Both the position numbers and the translations under genes were made by a program. A stretch of DNA of 51,331 nt from an uncultured Acidimicrobiaceae bacterium. Its GTDB lineage: Bacteria > Actinomycetota > Acidimicrobiia > Spongiisociales > UBA5794. Below are positions 40,460 through 49,294 of this stretch, one piece after another; positions within the stretch are counted from its first letter, which is position 1, and the number at the start of each line of letters is the position of its first letter. Location: contig CAZCBO010000001.1 in NCBI GenBank assembly GCA_964496825.1, positions 1 through 51,331 of the forward strand, in the 5' to 3' direction. The notes beneath the pieces are model-generated. The model was not told the origin of the DNA. It worked only from the letters and a program-made list of their open reading frames with translations, and searched no databases.

Positions 40460-41388
40460 AGCCGCCCGATCCGCTCGACGACGAGATCCATGAGGCGGTC
40501 CCGATCCACCGAGTTCATCACCACGGCGTTGGGGTCCGCACCCGTGACCCCCCACCAGTCGACCACCGATTGACCCATGGTCAGCTCGGACTCGGTCTCG
40601 ACGTCGACCCGGCACGGCTTCCCACCGAACAGGGTCTTGTCGAGCAGATAGGCGATCACGCACGGATCATGCAGCGGAGCGCCCTCGATGCCGTACATCT
40701 CGACGTCGTGCTTCTCGTAGTACTCGAGCATTCCGGCCACGGCGTCGCCGGCAGGCGTGTCGAGCTCACGAAAGCGCTTCAGGTCCTCGGGCAGCACCAG
40801 GGCCTGGTGGGTGACGTCGAGCGGGAACATCGTGATCGGCGCCCCGGAGTTGAAGACGATGCTGGCGGCATCGGGATCGACGAAGATGTTGAATTCGGCC
40901 ACCGGTGTGGTGTTCCCCCCGGCGAAGAAGCTCCCGCCCATGAGGGCGATCTCACGGATGACCGGCACGATCGACGGCTCCCGAGCGATCGCCGTGGCGA
41001 CGTTCGTGAGCGGGCCGACCGGGCAGAGCGTGATCGGCTGCTCCGAGCCCAGACACGTTTCGATGATGAAGTCGACGGCGTGGCCGTCGGCCGCGGTCGT
41101 CGTTGGCAGCGGGAGATCTGCGCCGTCGATACCGGTAGGGCCGTGGACGTACTCGGCCGTGTAGAGCTCGCGATTCAGCGGATGGTCGGCCCCCCGGTAG
41201 ACGGGGACGTCCGTTCGGTCCGCGAGCTCGCACATCGCCAGCGCGTTACGGCTCACCAGCGGCTGCGGGACGTTGCCGGCGACCGTGGTGATGGCAACGA
41301 CGTCGAGTTCCGGCGAGGCGAGGGCGGCGAGGATGGCGACGGCGTCGTCCTGGCCGGGATCGGCATCGATGATGATCGGAAGCGCCAT
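40456..41388 (-). CDS. Inosine/uridine-preferring nucleoside hydrolase
   Basis: Has the N-terminal IIIDADPGQDDAVAI (DxDxxxDD) and the conserved HDP near the C-terminus. Confidence 0.9.
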   Translation of the reverse strand: MALPIIIDADPGQDDAVAILAALASPELDVVAITTVAGNVPQPLVSRNALAMCELADRTDVPVYRGADHPLNRELYTAEYVHGPTGIDGADLPLPTTTAADGHAVDFIIETCLGSEQPITLCPVGPLTNVATAIAREPSIVPVIREIALMGGSFFAGGNTTPVAEFNIFVDPDAASIVFNSGAPITMFPLDVTHQALVLPEDLKRFRELDTPAGDAVAGMLEYYEKHDVEMYGIEGAPLHDPCVIAYLLDKTLFGGKPCRVDVETESELTMGQSVVDWWGVTGADPNAVVMNSVDRDRLMDLVVERIGRL

Positions 41389-41455
41389 CCGACGAGGTTA
41401 CCGGGTGCCCGATCAGCGATCGCCCCGAGTCGCAGGCCGGGGTGCCGGGGTGCTG

Positions 41456-42343
41456 CTATCCCTGATCGGCCTGCGCCCGGAGCGCACTCTCGAGCTCATC
41501 TGCCATGGGGAGAGCGGACCGTGCCCCGATGGCGGCGGTGGCGAGGGCACCGGCGGTGACGGCGCGAGGCACTGCCTCGAAGACGGTGAGGCCGGCGTCG
41601 ATCCCGGCGGCCAGCGCGCCGCAGAAGGCATCACCGGCGCCGGTGGTGTCGACCACCTCGACCTCCGGGGCCGGGTATACCGTGACCCGGTCGTCGGCGA
41701 CGACCGCGGCACCCTCCGCACCGAGGGTCACCACCGCCGTTGGCACGTCCAGCACCGATGCGAGGCGAGGGTCCTCCGAGCCGGTGAGGGACGCCAGCTC
41801 ACTCCGATTCACCACGAGGACGTCGACCTCGGCGAGCAACTCGTCGGGGAGCGGTTGGGCCGGCGCCGCGTTGAGCAGCACCGTGCCCGCTGCGGTGAGG
41901 GCAGCCAGGGTGACCGTTCGGATCGGGATCTCCAGCTGGACGAGCGTCACCGAAGCCGAGCGGAGCGCCGCAGCAGCGCCGGCGACATCCGTCATCCCGA
42001 TGAGGGCGTTGGCGCCCTGGCTCACCACGATCGTGTTCTCCCCGGAATCGTCAACGGTGATCACCGCAAGCCCCGTTGGGGTGTGCTCGGCGATCGAGAC
42101 CCGCGCCGCGTCGACGCCCTCGATCTCGAATGCTGCAGTGAGCATCCGCCCCGCATCGTCGTCCCCGACCCTGCCCACGAACACCACCTCGGCCCCGAGG
42201 CGGGCGGCCGCCACCGCCTGGTTGGCGCCCTTGCCACCTGCGACCTCGAAGTGACCGCTGCCCAGCACCGTCTCCCCCGGTCGCGGCAGCGCCTCGCTGG
42301 TCACGACGAGGTCGCGATTCACCGAACCGAGAACGACGATCAT
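41456..42343 (-). CDS. rbsK: Ribokinase
   Basis: Has GSVNRDL, GGKGANQA and DTTGAGDAF, the PfkB-family signatures with ribokinase spacing. Confidence 0.88.
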   Translation of the reverse strand: MIVVLGSVNRDLVVTSEALPRPGETVLGSGHFEVAGGKGANQAVAAARLGAEVVFVGRVGDDDAGRMLTAAFEIEGVDAARVSIAEHTPTGLAVITVDDSGENTIVVSQGANALIGMTDVAGAAAALRSASVTLVQLEIPIRTVTLAALTAAGTVLLNAAPAQPLPDELLAEVDVLVVNRSELASLTGSEDPRLASVLDVPTAVVTLGAEGAAVVADDRVTVYPAPEVEVVDTTGAGDAFCGALAAGIDAGLTVFEAVPRAVTAGALATAAIGARSALPMADELESALRAQADQG

Positions 42344-43470
42344 CCCTCGACCACCCGGTACACCCTCCCGTTCGCCGCCAGCACCAGCAACTCACCGTCG
42401 ACGTCGAGCCCGAACGAGGTCACGTTGCCGAGCGATCCGACCGGCCAGTCGAACACTTCCCCGGAAGGGGCGATCGAGCGAAGGAATCCGCTGCAGTAAT
42501 CCGAGAAGAAGTAGTGCCCCGACAGCTGCGGGATCGCTTCGCCCCGGTATACGTAGCCCCCGGTGATCGAGCATCCCTCGGGGTGCCGGTAGTCATACAC
42601 CGGAGCGGTGAGTTCGGGAGCTTCACAGCGTGAGCCGCCCCGGTAGCACGAGAAGCCCTCGTGGAGCGGCCAGCCGAAGTTCAGCCCGCGGTCGTCCACC
42701 GACACCCGGTTGATCTCCTCGAAGGCGTTTTGCCCGACGTCGGCGATCCACAAGTCCCGCCCGTCGAACGCAAAGCGCCAGGGATTGCGGAGTCCGATCG
42801 CCCAGACCTCGGCGGCCTCGAAGCCGTAGTCCTCGGCGACCCCATAGGGCGTGACGTCGGGTCCGACCACGATGCGCAACATCGCCGCGAGCAGCGTGTC
42901 CCCGCGCTGGCCGTGGCCGTATCGGTCGTCGGAGCCGCCGCCGTCGCCCATCCCCACCCACAGGTTCCCGTCCGGACCGAAGGCGATCATCCCGCCGTTG
43001 TGGTTGCGCGCCGGCTGGGGGATCTCCAGCAGCACACGCTCCGAGTTGGGATCCGCCCCATTTGCGTCGAAGCGAAACTCGGCGATGCGCGTGGCGCCCC
43101 CCGCCCCGGTGTAGTTGACGTAGAGCAGGTCGTCGTGGTCGGGATGGAAGGCGAGGCCGAGCAACCCGCGCTCGCCGCCGAAGACGACGCGCTCGCGGAT
43201 GTCGAGGAACTCGGTGGCCTCACTACCGAACAGGGACCAGATGCGGCCGGGTTGCTCGACGACGAAGATCCGACCCGCGTGCGGAACGGCGAGTACCGGA
43301 GCGGCGAAGCTCTGGGCAACGAGCTCGACGGCAAGCTCGGTGTCGGCGGCGGGGATCGTCGTGGCCGTGGTCGTGGTCGCCGCCTGCGGTGCGGTCGTGG
43401 TGGTGGTCACGGTGGTGCCGGCCGTCGTCGAGGTCGCGGCAACCATAACGCCCGTGCCGAGACGTCCCAT
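42340..43470 (-). CDS. PQQ-dependent (soluble glucose/sorbosone dehydrogenase-type) sugar dehydrogenase, no signal peptide
   Basis: Has GLLGLAFHPD, NHNGGMIAFGPDGNLWVGMGDGG, GLRNPWRF and ADVGQNAFEEIN. The start is ATG 43470 or 43446, and both overlap the upstream MFS gene 3' end. Its stop overlaps the ribokinase start (ATGA). Confidence 0.8.
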   Translation of the reverse strand: MGRLGTGVMVAATSTTAGTTVTTTTTAPQAATTTTATTIPAADTELAVELVAQSFAAPVLAVPHAGRIFVVEQPGRIWSLFGSEATEFLDIRERVVFGGERGLLGLAFHPDHDDLLYVNYTGAGGATRIAEFRFDANGADPNSERVLLEIPQPARNHNGGMIAFGPDGNLWVGMGDGGGSDDRYGHGQRGDTLLAAMLRIVVGPDVTPYGVAEDYGFEAAEVWAIGLRNPWRFAFDGRDLWIADVGQNAFEEINRVSVDDRGLNFGWPLHEGFSCYRGGSRCEAPELTAPVYDYRHPEGCSITGGYVYRGEAIPQLSGHYFFSDYCSGFLRSIAPSGEVFDWPVGSLGNVTSFGLDVDGELLVLAANGRVYRVVEG

Positions 43471-45446
43471 CCCGCCTCGATCGCACCGGCGGCCGCTGCG
43501 GCCGCGTCGGCGTCTCCGGCCGCCCGCTTTCCCTTCTCCTCGTCGACGGTCGCCAGAAGGGCGATGCCGGCGATGAAGAAGACGATGAGGCCGAGGACCG
43601 CGGGTCGAGACGATCCGAACGCCGCCACCGCAGCGGTGAAGAGCAGCGGACCGACGATGGCGGAGAACTTGGCCATGACCGAGAAGAATCCGAAGAACTC
43701 ACCCGACAGCGCCGTCGGCGACATCGAGGCGTAGAGGCTCCGGCTGAGCGCCTGCGAGCCTCCCTGGACCACCGCGACCATGAAGGCGAGGAACCAGAAC
43801 TCGATCACCGAATCGAGCACGAAGCCCCACACCGCAATCGTGGCGTAGACCACGAGGGCGAGGATGATCGTCCGCTTGGTCGTCATGGTCGCGGCCAAAC
43901 CGGAGAACAGCGGCTTGCCGAACGCCGCGGCCAGCGCCAGCCCGGCCACTTCGAGCACGACGAGCAGGATGAGGATCGTCGGCGGGCTGCTGACCCGGGC
44001 AGGAGGCAGGACCGTCGACTCCCCGATCACCATCGCCGTTCCGGTCGCGTCGGGGTCGGCGGCGGCGGTATTGGCGATGACCAGCACGTTCTCCCCTTCC
44101 CTCGCCGCCGATACGTCGACATCCACGCCGTCGTGGACCGCGGGGTTGTATCCGTCGATCACCACCGGATCGCCGTCGTCGTCGAGGGCCGGGAGCAGCC
44201 TCCCCGCCGTGAGGATGAAGACCTCCCATCGGGATCGGTCCGGGCCCTCCGAGTACCTCACCCGCACCGTCTCGCCGTTGAACCGCAGTGCGTACGTTGC
44301 GCCGGCTTCGGTCGTCGTGGCGTAGTCGTCGGCGATCGTCCACACCCCGTCGAGGATGACCGCCTCCGAGCTCACCGGGTAGTCGCCCTCGCCGGAGAAG
44401 GTGAGGGTGTCGAAGTACGGGGGCGGCGGCCGCCCGGTCACCGCGTCGTCGAACGCCAGCTTTCCCCCGAACCCGGCCAGCGGGAGCATGACCAGGTTCC
44501 ACAGGACGAAGGCGAGGAAGAAGGCCCGCCGCGGCTCGGCCGGGTTGGGGATCCTTCCGAACACCAGCGAGAACGGGATACCGACGAACTGCACGAGCAA
44601 GATGGCGGCGACCAGCTCGACGGCACCGAACCCAAGCTCGGCACCGTAGATGACGGCCACGCCGATGATCGTCCCGATCCCGTCGTTGTAGATGAGAAAG
44701 GCGATCAGGAACTTCAGCAGCTCGCGGTAGTCGCGGAGATGGGAGAACGTGTCCCCGAGCCGTCGGAAGGTGACGGAGAGAAGCCGGCCCCGTTCGGCGG
44801 ACACCGCCGCGGGCGGTTCGGGCACGCGCCGGAGGATCGGAATCGAGAAGACCAGCCACCACACCGCCACCGACACGAACGACAGACGCGGCCCGACGGA
44901 GTCGCCGAGGGCGAAGACCATCACGATGTTGACCGCCAGCAGCAGGCCCCCGCCCAGGTAGCCGACGGCATACCCGAGGGTGGAGACGCGATCGACGTCC
45001 TCTTCCCTGGCCACATGGGGCAGGAGGGAGTCGTAGAAGACGTTGGCCGAGGCGAACCCGATCCTGGCCACGATGAAGACGAGCGAGGCGAGGAGCCAGT
45101 CACCGGTGCCGACGAAGACCAGCGCCGCCGTGGCCCCGCTGCCGACCAGAACGAAGAGCGTCAGGAATCGCTTCTTCCCGCGCTTGAGATCCGAGATGGT
45201 CCCCAGGATCGGGGACAGGATCGCCACGATGACCAGCGAGATCGACAGGGTGGCCGTCCAGTAGGCCGTGGCCTCGGCGGCCGAGCCCAACGTCCGGCCC
45301 GCCACCTGCGAGTAGTAGACCGGCAGGACGGCGGCGAGGATCGTGGTGGCAAAGGCCGAGTTGGCCCAGTCGTAGAGTGTCCACGCCCTGATGCGGCGCC
45401 GGTACTCGGCGTCGTCGATGCCGCTGTAACCGGCGACGGCGCTCAC
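43407..45446 (-). CDS. MFS transporter, UMF1/Atg22-like, with about 155-aa non-membrane insertion
   Basis: The GTG start is at 45446. RAWTLYDWANSAFATTI is the typical UMF1 N-terminus. There are multiple TM helices, and residues about 331-487 are hydrophilic and beta-rich. Confidence 0.78.
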   Translation of the reverse strand: MSAVAGYSGIDDAEYRRRIRAWTLYDWANSAFATTILAAVLPVYYSQVAGRTLGSAAEATAYWTATLSISLVIVAILSPILGTISDLKRGKKRFLTLFVLVGSGATAALVFVGTGDWLLASLVFIVARIGFASANVFYDSLLPHVAREEDVDRVSTLGYAVGYLGGGLLLAVNIVMVFALGDSVGPRLSFVSVAVWWLVFSIPILRRVPEPPAAVSAERGRLLSVTFRRLGDTFSHLRDYRELLKFLIAFLIYNDGIGTIIGVAVIYGAELGFGAVELVAAILLVQFVGIPFSLVFGRIPNPAEPRRAFFLAFVLWNLVMLPLAGFGGKLAFDDAVTGRPPPPYFDTLTFSGEGDYPVSSEAVILDGVWTIADDYATTTEAGATYALRFNGETVRVRYSEGPDRSRWEVFILTAGRLLPALDDDGDPVVIDGYNPAVHDGVDVDVSAAREGENVLVIANTAAADPDATGTAMVIGESTVLPPARVSSPPTILILLVVLEVAGLALAAAFGKPLFSGLAATMTTKRTIILALVVYATIAVWGFVLDSVIEFWFLAFMVAVVQGGSQALSRSLYASMSPTALSGEFFGFFSVMAKFSAIVGPLLFTAAVAAFGSSRPAVLGLIVFFIAGIALLATVDEEKGKRAAGDADAAAAAAGAIEAGWDVSARALWLPRPRRRPAPP

Positions 45447-45450
45447 CGCG

Positions 45451-45624
45451 CTACCCGCTCGACCACAAACCGCGCAGGGTGGTCACCACCTGGGCCGGCT
45501 GCTCGATGGGCAGCTCGGGCCACATCGTGGAGTCGAAGGGAAACCCGTGGATGAAGAGGGCAACCGGACCGTCCCCTACCTCGCGGAAGTAGAGCGTGAC
45601 ATCGTCGGTCTCGCGATACGGCAT
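45451..45624 (-). pseudogene. N-terminal fragment (57 aa) of an alpha/beta hydrolase
   Basis: MPYRETDDVTLYFREVGDGPVALFIHGFPFDSTMW is a typical epoxide hydrolase/haloalkane dehalogenase-like N-terminus (HGFP..W). The frame stops after 57 aa, 4 nt before the MFS start. Confidence 0.55.
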
Positions 45625-45671
45625 CGCGCCAGTTTCCCATACCGGGGGCCTGCGGTAATAGCGTCCCGGCG

Positions 45672-46853
45672 ATGAGACCGCCGGTGATCCTGGCCGCCAC
45701 CACCCTGGTGCTGACGGCGTGCGCCGCGTCACCATCGAACCTCGAGCCGGTCGGCCCGGGAACGACGGCACCGGTCGTGAGGGAGGGGCCCGTGGTATCG
45801 ACGACCTCCGCGGTACCCGACCTCGAGCTGACGCTCATCACCGACCGCCTCGTCGAGCCGGTGGCGCTGGGCACGCGACCGGGCGACGACCGGATCTATG
45901 TCGCCGAGCGGCTCGGCCGGATCGTGGTCGTCGACAGCGGCTCGCTCGAGCCGTTCCTCGACATCCGTCGCGTGGTGTCGGGCCCGATCAGCAAGCAGGG
46001 CCTGTTGGGATTCACCTTCGACCGGGACGGCGACCGGATCTTCGTGATCTACACCGACCTCCTCGAGGCGCTCCGCATCGTGGCATACGACGTCGTCGGG
46101 AACACCGTGGATCAGCGGTCCGCGGTGCCGATCCTCACCCTCGGCCAGCCGGCGCGCCAGCACCAGGGTGGGGCCATCCTGCTCGGGCCGGACGGATACC
46201 TGTGGGCCGGCCTCGGCGACGGAGGCGGCATCGGCGACCCCGATGGCCACGGGCAGAACCCGGGCACGTTGCTCGGCACCATCGTGCGTCTCGACGTCGA
46301 TGCCAGGGTTCCCTACGCCGTGCCACCGGACAATCCCTTCGTGAGCTCCACCACGGCCGCTCACGAGGTGTGGGCCTACGGCCTGCGGAACCCGTGGCGG
46401 GTGACCATCGACGGTGGGTTCGTCTACATCGCCGACGTTGGCCAGTACGAGCGCGAGGAGATCAACATCGTCCCCATCGACGGGGCCGGTGCGAACTTCG
46501 GGTGGTCGACCAGGGAAGGCGATGCGTGCTTCGAAGCCGAGACCTGCGAGACCGCCGGTCTCACCGACCCTGCGCTCTCCATCCCGCACCACCGGGTGTG
46601 TGCGGTCGTCGGGGGACCGGTGTACCGGGGTGACCGGATCCCGGCGCTGAGGGGCCACTACTTCTACGGCGACTACTGCGTGGGATGGATCCGGTCGCTG
46701 GTGTTCGACGGCGATCGCATCGTGTCCGTGCACGACTGGGAGAAACAGCTCGGCAGCCCCGGGCTCCTCACCACCTTCGGAACGGATGCCTCCGGTGAGA
46801 TCCTGGTGGCCACCCAGGAAGGTCGGCTCTACCGCATCGAGCCGGCCGGCTGA
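45672..46853 (+). CDS. PQQ-dependent sugar dehydrogenase lipoprotein (paralogue of 42340..43470)
   Basis: Has the lipobox LVLTAC, then GLLGFTF, QHQGGAILLGPDGYLWAGLGDGG, GLRNPWR and ADVGQYEREEIN. Confidence 0.85.
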   Translation: MRPPVILAATTLVLTACAASPSNLEPVGPGTTAPVVREGPVVSTTSAVPDLELTLITDRLVEPVALGTRPGDDRIYVAERLGRIVVVDSGSLEPFLDIRRVVSGPISKQGLLGFTFDRDGDRIFVIYTDLLEALRIVAYDVVGNTVDQRSAVPILTLGQPARQHQGGAILLGPDGYLWAGLGDGGGIGDPDGHGQNPGTLLGTIVRLDVDARVPYAVPPDNPFVSSTTAAHEVWAYGLRNPWRVTIDGGFVYIADVGQYEREEINIVPIDGAGANFGWSTREGDACFEAETCETAGLTDPALSIPHHRVCAVVGGPVYRGDRIPALRGHYFYGDYCVGWIRSLVFDGDRIVSVHDWEKQLGSPGLLTTFGTDASGEILVATQEGRLYRIEPAG

Positions 46854-46870
46854 GCCGCTACCGTCGGCTG

Positions 46871-47839
46871 GTGACCGATGCACGCATCGCCCTCGCTCGG
46901 CTCCCCACCCCGCTCGAGCCGGCACCACGGCTCAGCGAAGCCTGGGGTGGGCCCAGAATCTGGGTCAAGCGCGACGACCTGACCGGGTTCGGGCTCTCGG
47001 GCAACAAGGTGCGCAAGCTCGAGTTCCACGTCGGAGCGGCCCTCGCGGCAGGGGCAGACACCGTCATCACCTGCGGTGCGCTGCAGTCCAACCACGGCAG
47101 GGCAACGGCGCTCGCCGCCGACCGCCTGGGGTTGAGGACCATCCTCTACCTACGGACGCCGGATGGGAAGCCGCCCGCCGACCGCACCGGCAACCACCTG
47201 CTGCAGCGGCTCGCCGGTGCCGAGTGCCGGTTCATCACCCCCGGCGAATACGAGGATCGAGACCGGCTCATGGCCGAGGCCGCCGCTGACGTCGATCACC
47301 CGTGGCTGATCCCCGAAGGAGCCTCGGATGCCCTGGGAATGCAAGGGTTCGTGGCCGCGCTGAGCGAGATCGCCCTGCAGTTCGACCAGGCCGGCATCGA
47401 CCGTGCGGTGCTGTGGCATCCGGCGTCGAGCGGAGGCACGACCGCGGGTCTGGTGCGCGGCGCTGGCGACCACGATGTCGAAGTCGTGGGGACCTCCGTG
47501 GGTGACTCCGCCGCGGCGCTCGAGGCCAAGGTCGTCGAGATCCTCGACGTGGCCGACCAGCGCTACGGCGCCATGCCGCGCTCGAGCGGATGGAGGATCA
47601 TCGACCGCTACGTCGGCGGCGGTTACGGAGAGACGACGGAGGAGGAGCTCGCGGTGCAGGTCGAGGCGACCCGGCTCACCGGACTGATCTGGGATCCGAC
47701 GTACACCGGGAAGGCGCTCTTCGGCCTGCGTCGCGAGATCGAGTCGGGGGCGTTCGATCCCGACACCGACGTCGTCTTCTGGCACACGGGGGGAGGGTTC
47801 GCCGCCTTCGCCCACGACTGGTCGGCCGTTCTTGCGTAG
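46871..47839 (+). CDS. PLP-dependent D-cysteine desulfhydrase / ACC deaminase family protein
   Basis: Has PTPLE, KRDDLTGFGLSGNKVRKLEF (PLP lysine motif) and TCGALQSNH. Confidence 0.85.
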   Translation: MTDARIALARLPTPLEPAPRLSEAWGGPRIWVKRDDLTGFGLSGNKVRKLEFHVGAALAAGADTVITCGALQSNHGRATALAADRLGLRTILYLRTPDGKPPADRTGNHLLQRLAGAECRFITPGEYEDRDRLMAEAAADVDHPWLIPEGASDALGMQGFVAALSEIALQFDQAGIDRAVLWHPASSGGTTAGLVRGAGDHDVEVVGTSVGDSAAALEAKVVEILDVADQRYGAMPRSSGWRIIDRYVGGGYGETTEEELAVQVEATRLTGLIWDPTYTGKALFGLRREIESGAFDPDTDVVFWHTGGGFAAFAHDWSAVLA

Positions 47840-47850
47840 CAAGAACGGCC
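47824..47850. terminator. Bidirectional terminator-like hairpin GGCCGTTCTTGC gta GCAAGAACGGCC
   Basis: Read directly: a perfect 12-bp stem between convergent genes. It includes the TAG stop (47837-47839) of the + gene and ends 2 nt before the minus-gene stop. Confidence 0.6.
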
Positions 47851-47851
47851 G

Positions 47852-49294
47852 TCAGGTGATCTCGGCAGCCCGCCGATCGAGGAACTCGTAGATCTCGGCG
47901 CGATCGAAGCCGGGAATCGCCTCGAACGGCATCGCCGCCAGCACGTGACTCTTCGGCCGCACCGAGGTCCACTGATGCCCGTCCCAACGTTCGGCGACAG
48001 CAGGTGCGGGTACGCAACACGCGCCGTCGGGACAGTACGAGACGGTGTGACGAGTCGTATCCCACCCGCGGAACCAGCGGGCGTCCTCGAACCGCACCCC
48101 CGTGGTGATTGCCCGCGGGGGCCCTGCCTCCTCCTCGACGAAGGTCGCGCACCAGAAGGTTCCCTCCGCGGTGTCGGTGTACTGGTAGTGGATGGTGTAG
48201 CGAGAGTCCGAGGTGAAGGCCTGGCGGCTCGCCCACTCGCGGCACAGCCGCTCTCCCTCGATCCCGCCCGCCGTGTTGCGCGGGAACGGCACCCCGTCGT
48301 TCTCGTAGGCCTTCCAGACGATCCCGCCCGCATCGGAGCGGACGAAGTGGGTCTCGAGGCCGAGATGCTCGGTGGCGAGATTGGTGAAGCGGTGGCCCGC
48401 CATCTCATAGGACACGTTGAAGTGGTCCTTGAGATCCTCCACCGACAGGTTGCGTTGCTCCTTGGCCTCGGCGAGGAACGGCACGCCGACACTCTCCGGG
48501 ATCAGCACCGCCCCGGCGAAGTAGTTGGTCTCCACGCGCTGGCGGAGGAACTCGGCGAAGTCGGCGGGCTCGTCATGACCGAGGGCGAAGTGCCCCAGGG
48601 TCTGGAGGACCACCGAGCGCACCAGCCCCGGCTCGAAGTCGTCACGGCCGGGGACGTAGATGCGGCGGTTGGCCATGTCCGTGATCGAACGCACCGTGGC
48701 CGGCACCTCGTGGGTTCGGAGCACCTTGAACCCGAAGTGGGCGGCAAGGGCGTTGAGGTCACCCTTCGACATCCCCCCGGCGCTCCGATCACCGAGTGCG
48801 GCCACGGACTCGGCGGCGAGGGCTTCGATCTCTGCGAAGTAATTGCCGCGTGCTCGCATCTCGGCGCGCAGCTCTGCATTGACGGTCCGCGCCGCGTTGG
48901 TGCTGAACGGCTCCGCCTCCCGCCGGCTCTGTAGCGCCTCATAGAGCCGGACCACATGCTCGAGAGCCACGTCGGGGAGCCGCGCCGAGGCTTTGAGGTA
49001 CGGCAGCCCGAGCTCCCGGTAGGCCGGCTCCTCCTGGTAGCGCTCGATGGCGACCTCGAGCTCGGCTCGTCGCGTCGGCGGCTCTGCGGTGAGCAGTTCA
49101 CCGGCCGAGACGTCGAGCGCGGCGGCGAGATCGTTGATGAGACCGAGGCTGGGCTCTCGCTTCCCGTTCTCCACCATGGAGAGGAATGGTGCCGGCCTGC
49201 CGACGATCGCACCCACGTCGTCGAGGGTCAGGCGGCGCCGCTTGCGGAAGTGGCGTACCCGCCGGCCCAGCACCAGGGGATCGATCTGCTCCAT
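47852..49294 (-). CDS. XRE-HTH / ImmA-IrrE-type metallopeptidase-domain regulator, RamB/PrpR-like (short-chain fatty acyl-CoA regulator family)
   Basis: Has an N-terminal HTH (LGRRVRHFRKRRRLTLDDVGAIVG..FLSMVENGKREPS) and a central HFALGH (HExxH-like position). The long C-terminal domain has a conserved Cys pattern (YCPDGACC). It is divergent from aceB-aceA, as in mycobacterial and corynebacterial ramB loci. Confidence 0.75.
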   Translation of the reverse strand: MEQIDPLVLGRRVRHFRKRRRLTLDDVGAIVGRPAPFLSMVENGKREPSLGLINDLAAALDVSAGELLTAEPPTRRAELEVAIERYQEEPAYRELGLPYLKASARLPDVALEHVVRLYEALQSRREAEPFSTNAARTVNAELRAEMRARGNYFAEIEALAAESVAALGDRSAGGMSKGDLNALAAHFGFKVLRTHEVPATVRSITDMANRRIYVPGRDDFEPGLVRSVVLQTLGHFALGHDEPADFAEFLRQRVETNYFAGAVLIPESVGVPFLAEAKEQRNLSVEDLKDHFNVSYEMAGHRFTNLATEHLGLETHFVRSDAGGIVWKAYENDGVPFPRNTAGGIEGERLCREWASRQAFTSDSRYTIHYQYTDTAEGTFWCATFVEEEAGPPRAITTGVRFEDARWFRGWDTTRHTVSYCPDGACCVPAPAVAERWDGHQWTSVRPKSHVLAAMPFEAIPGFDRAEIYEFLDRRAAEIT

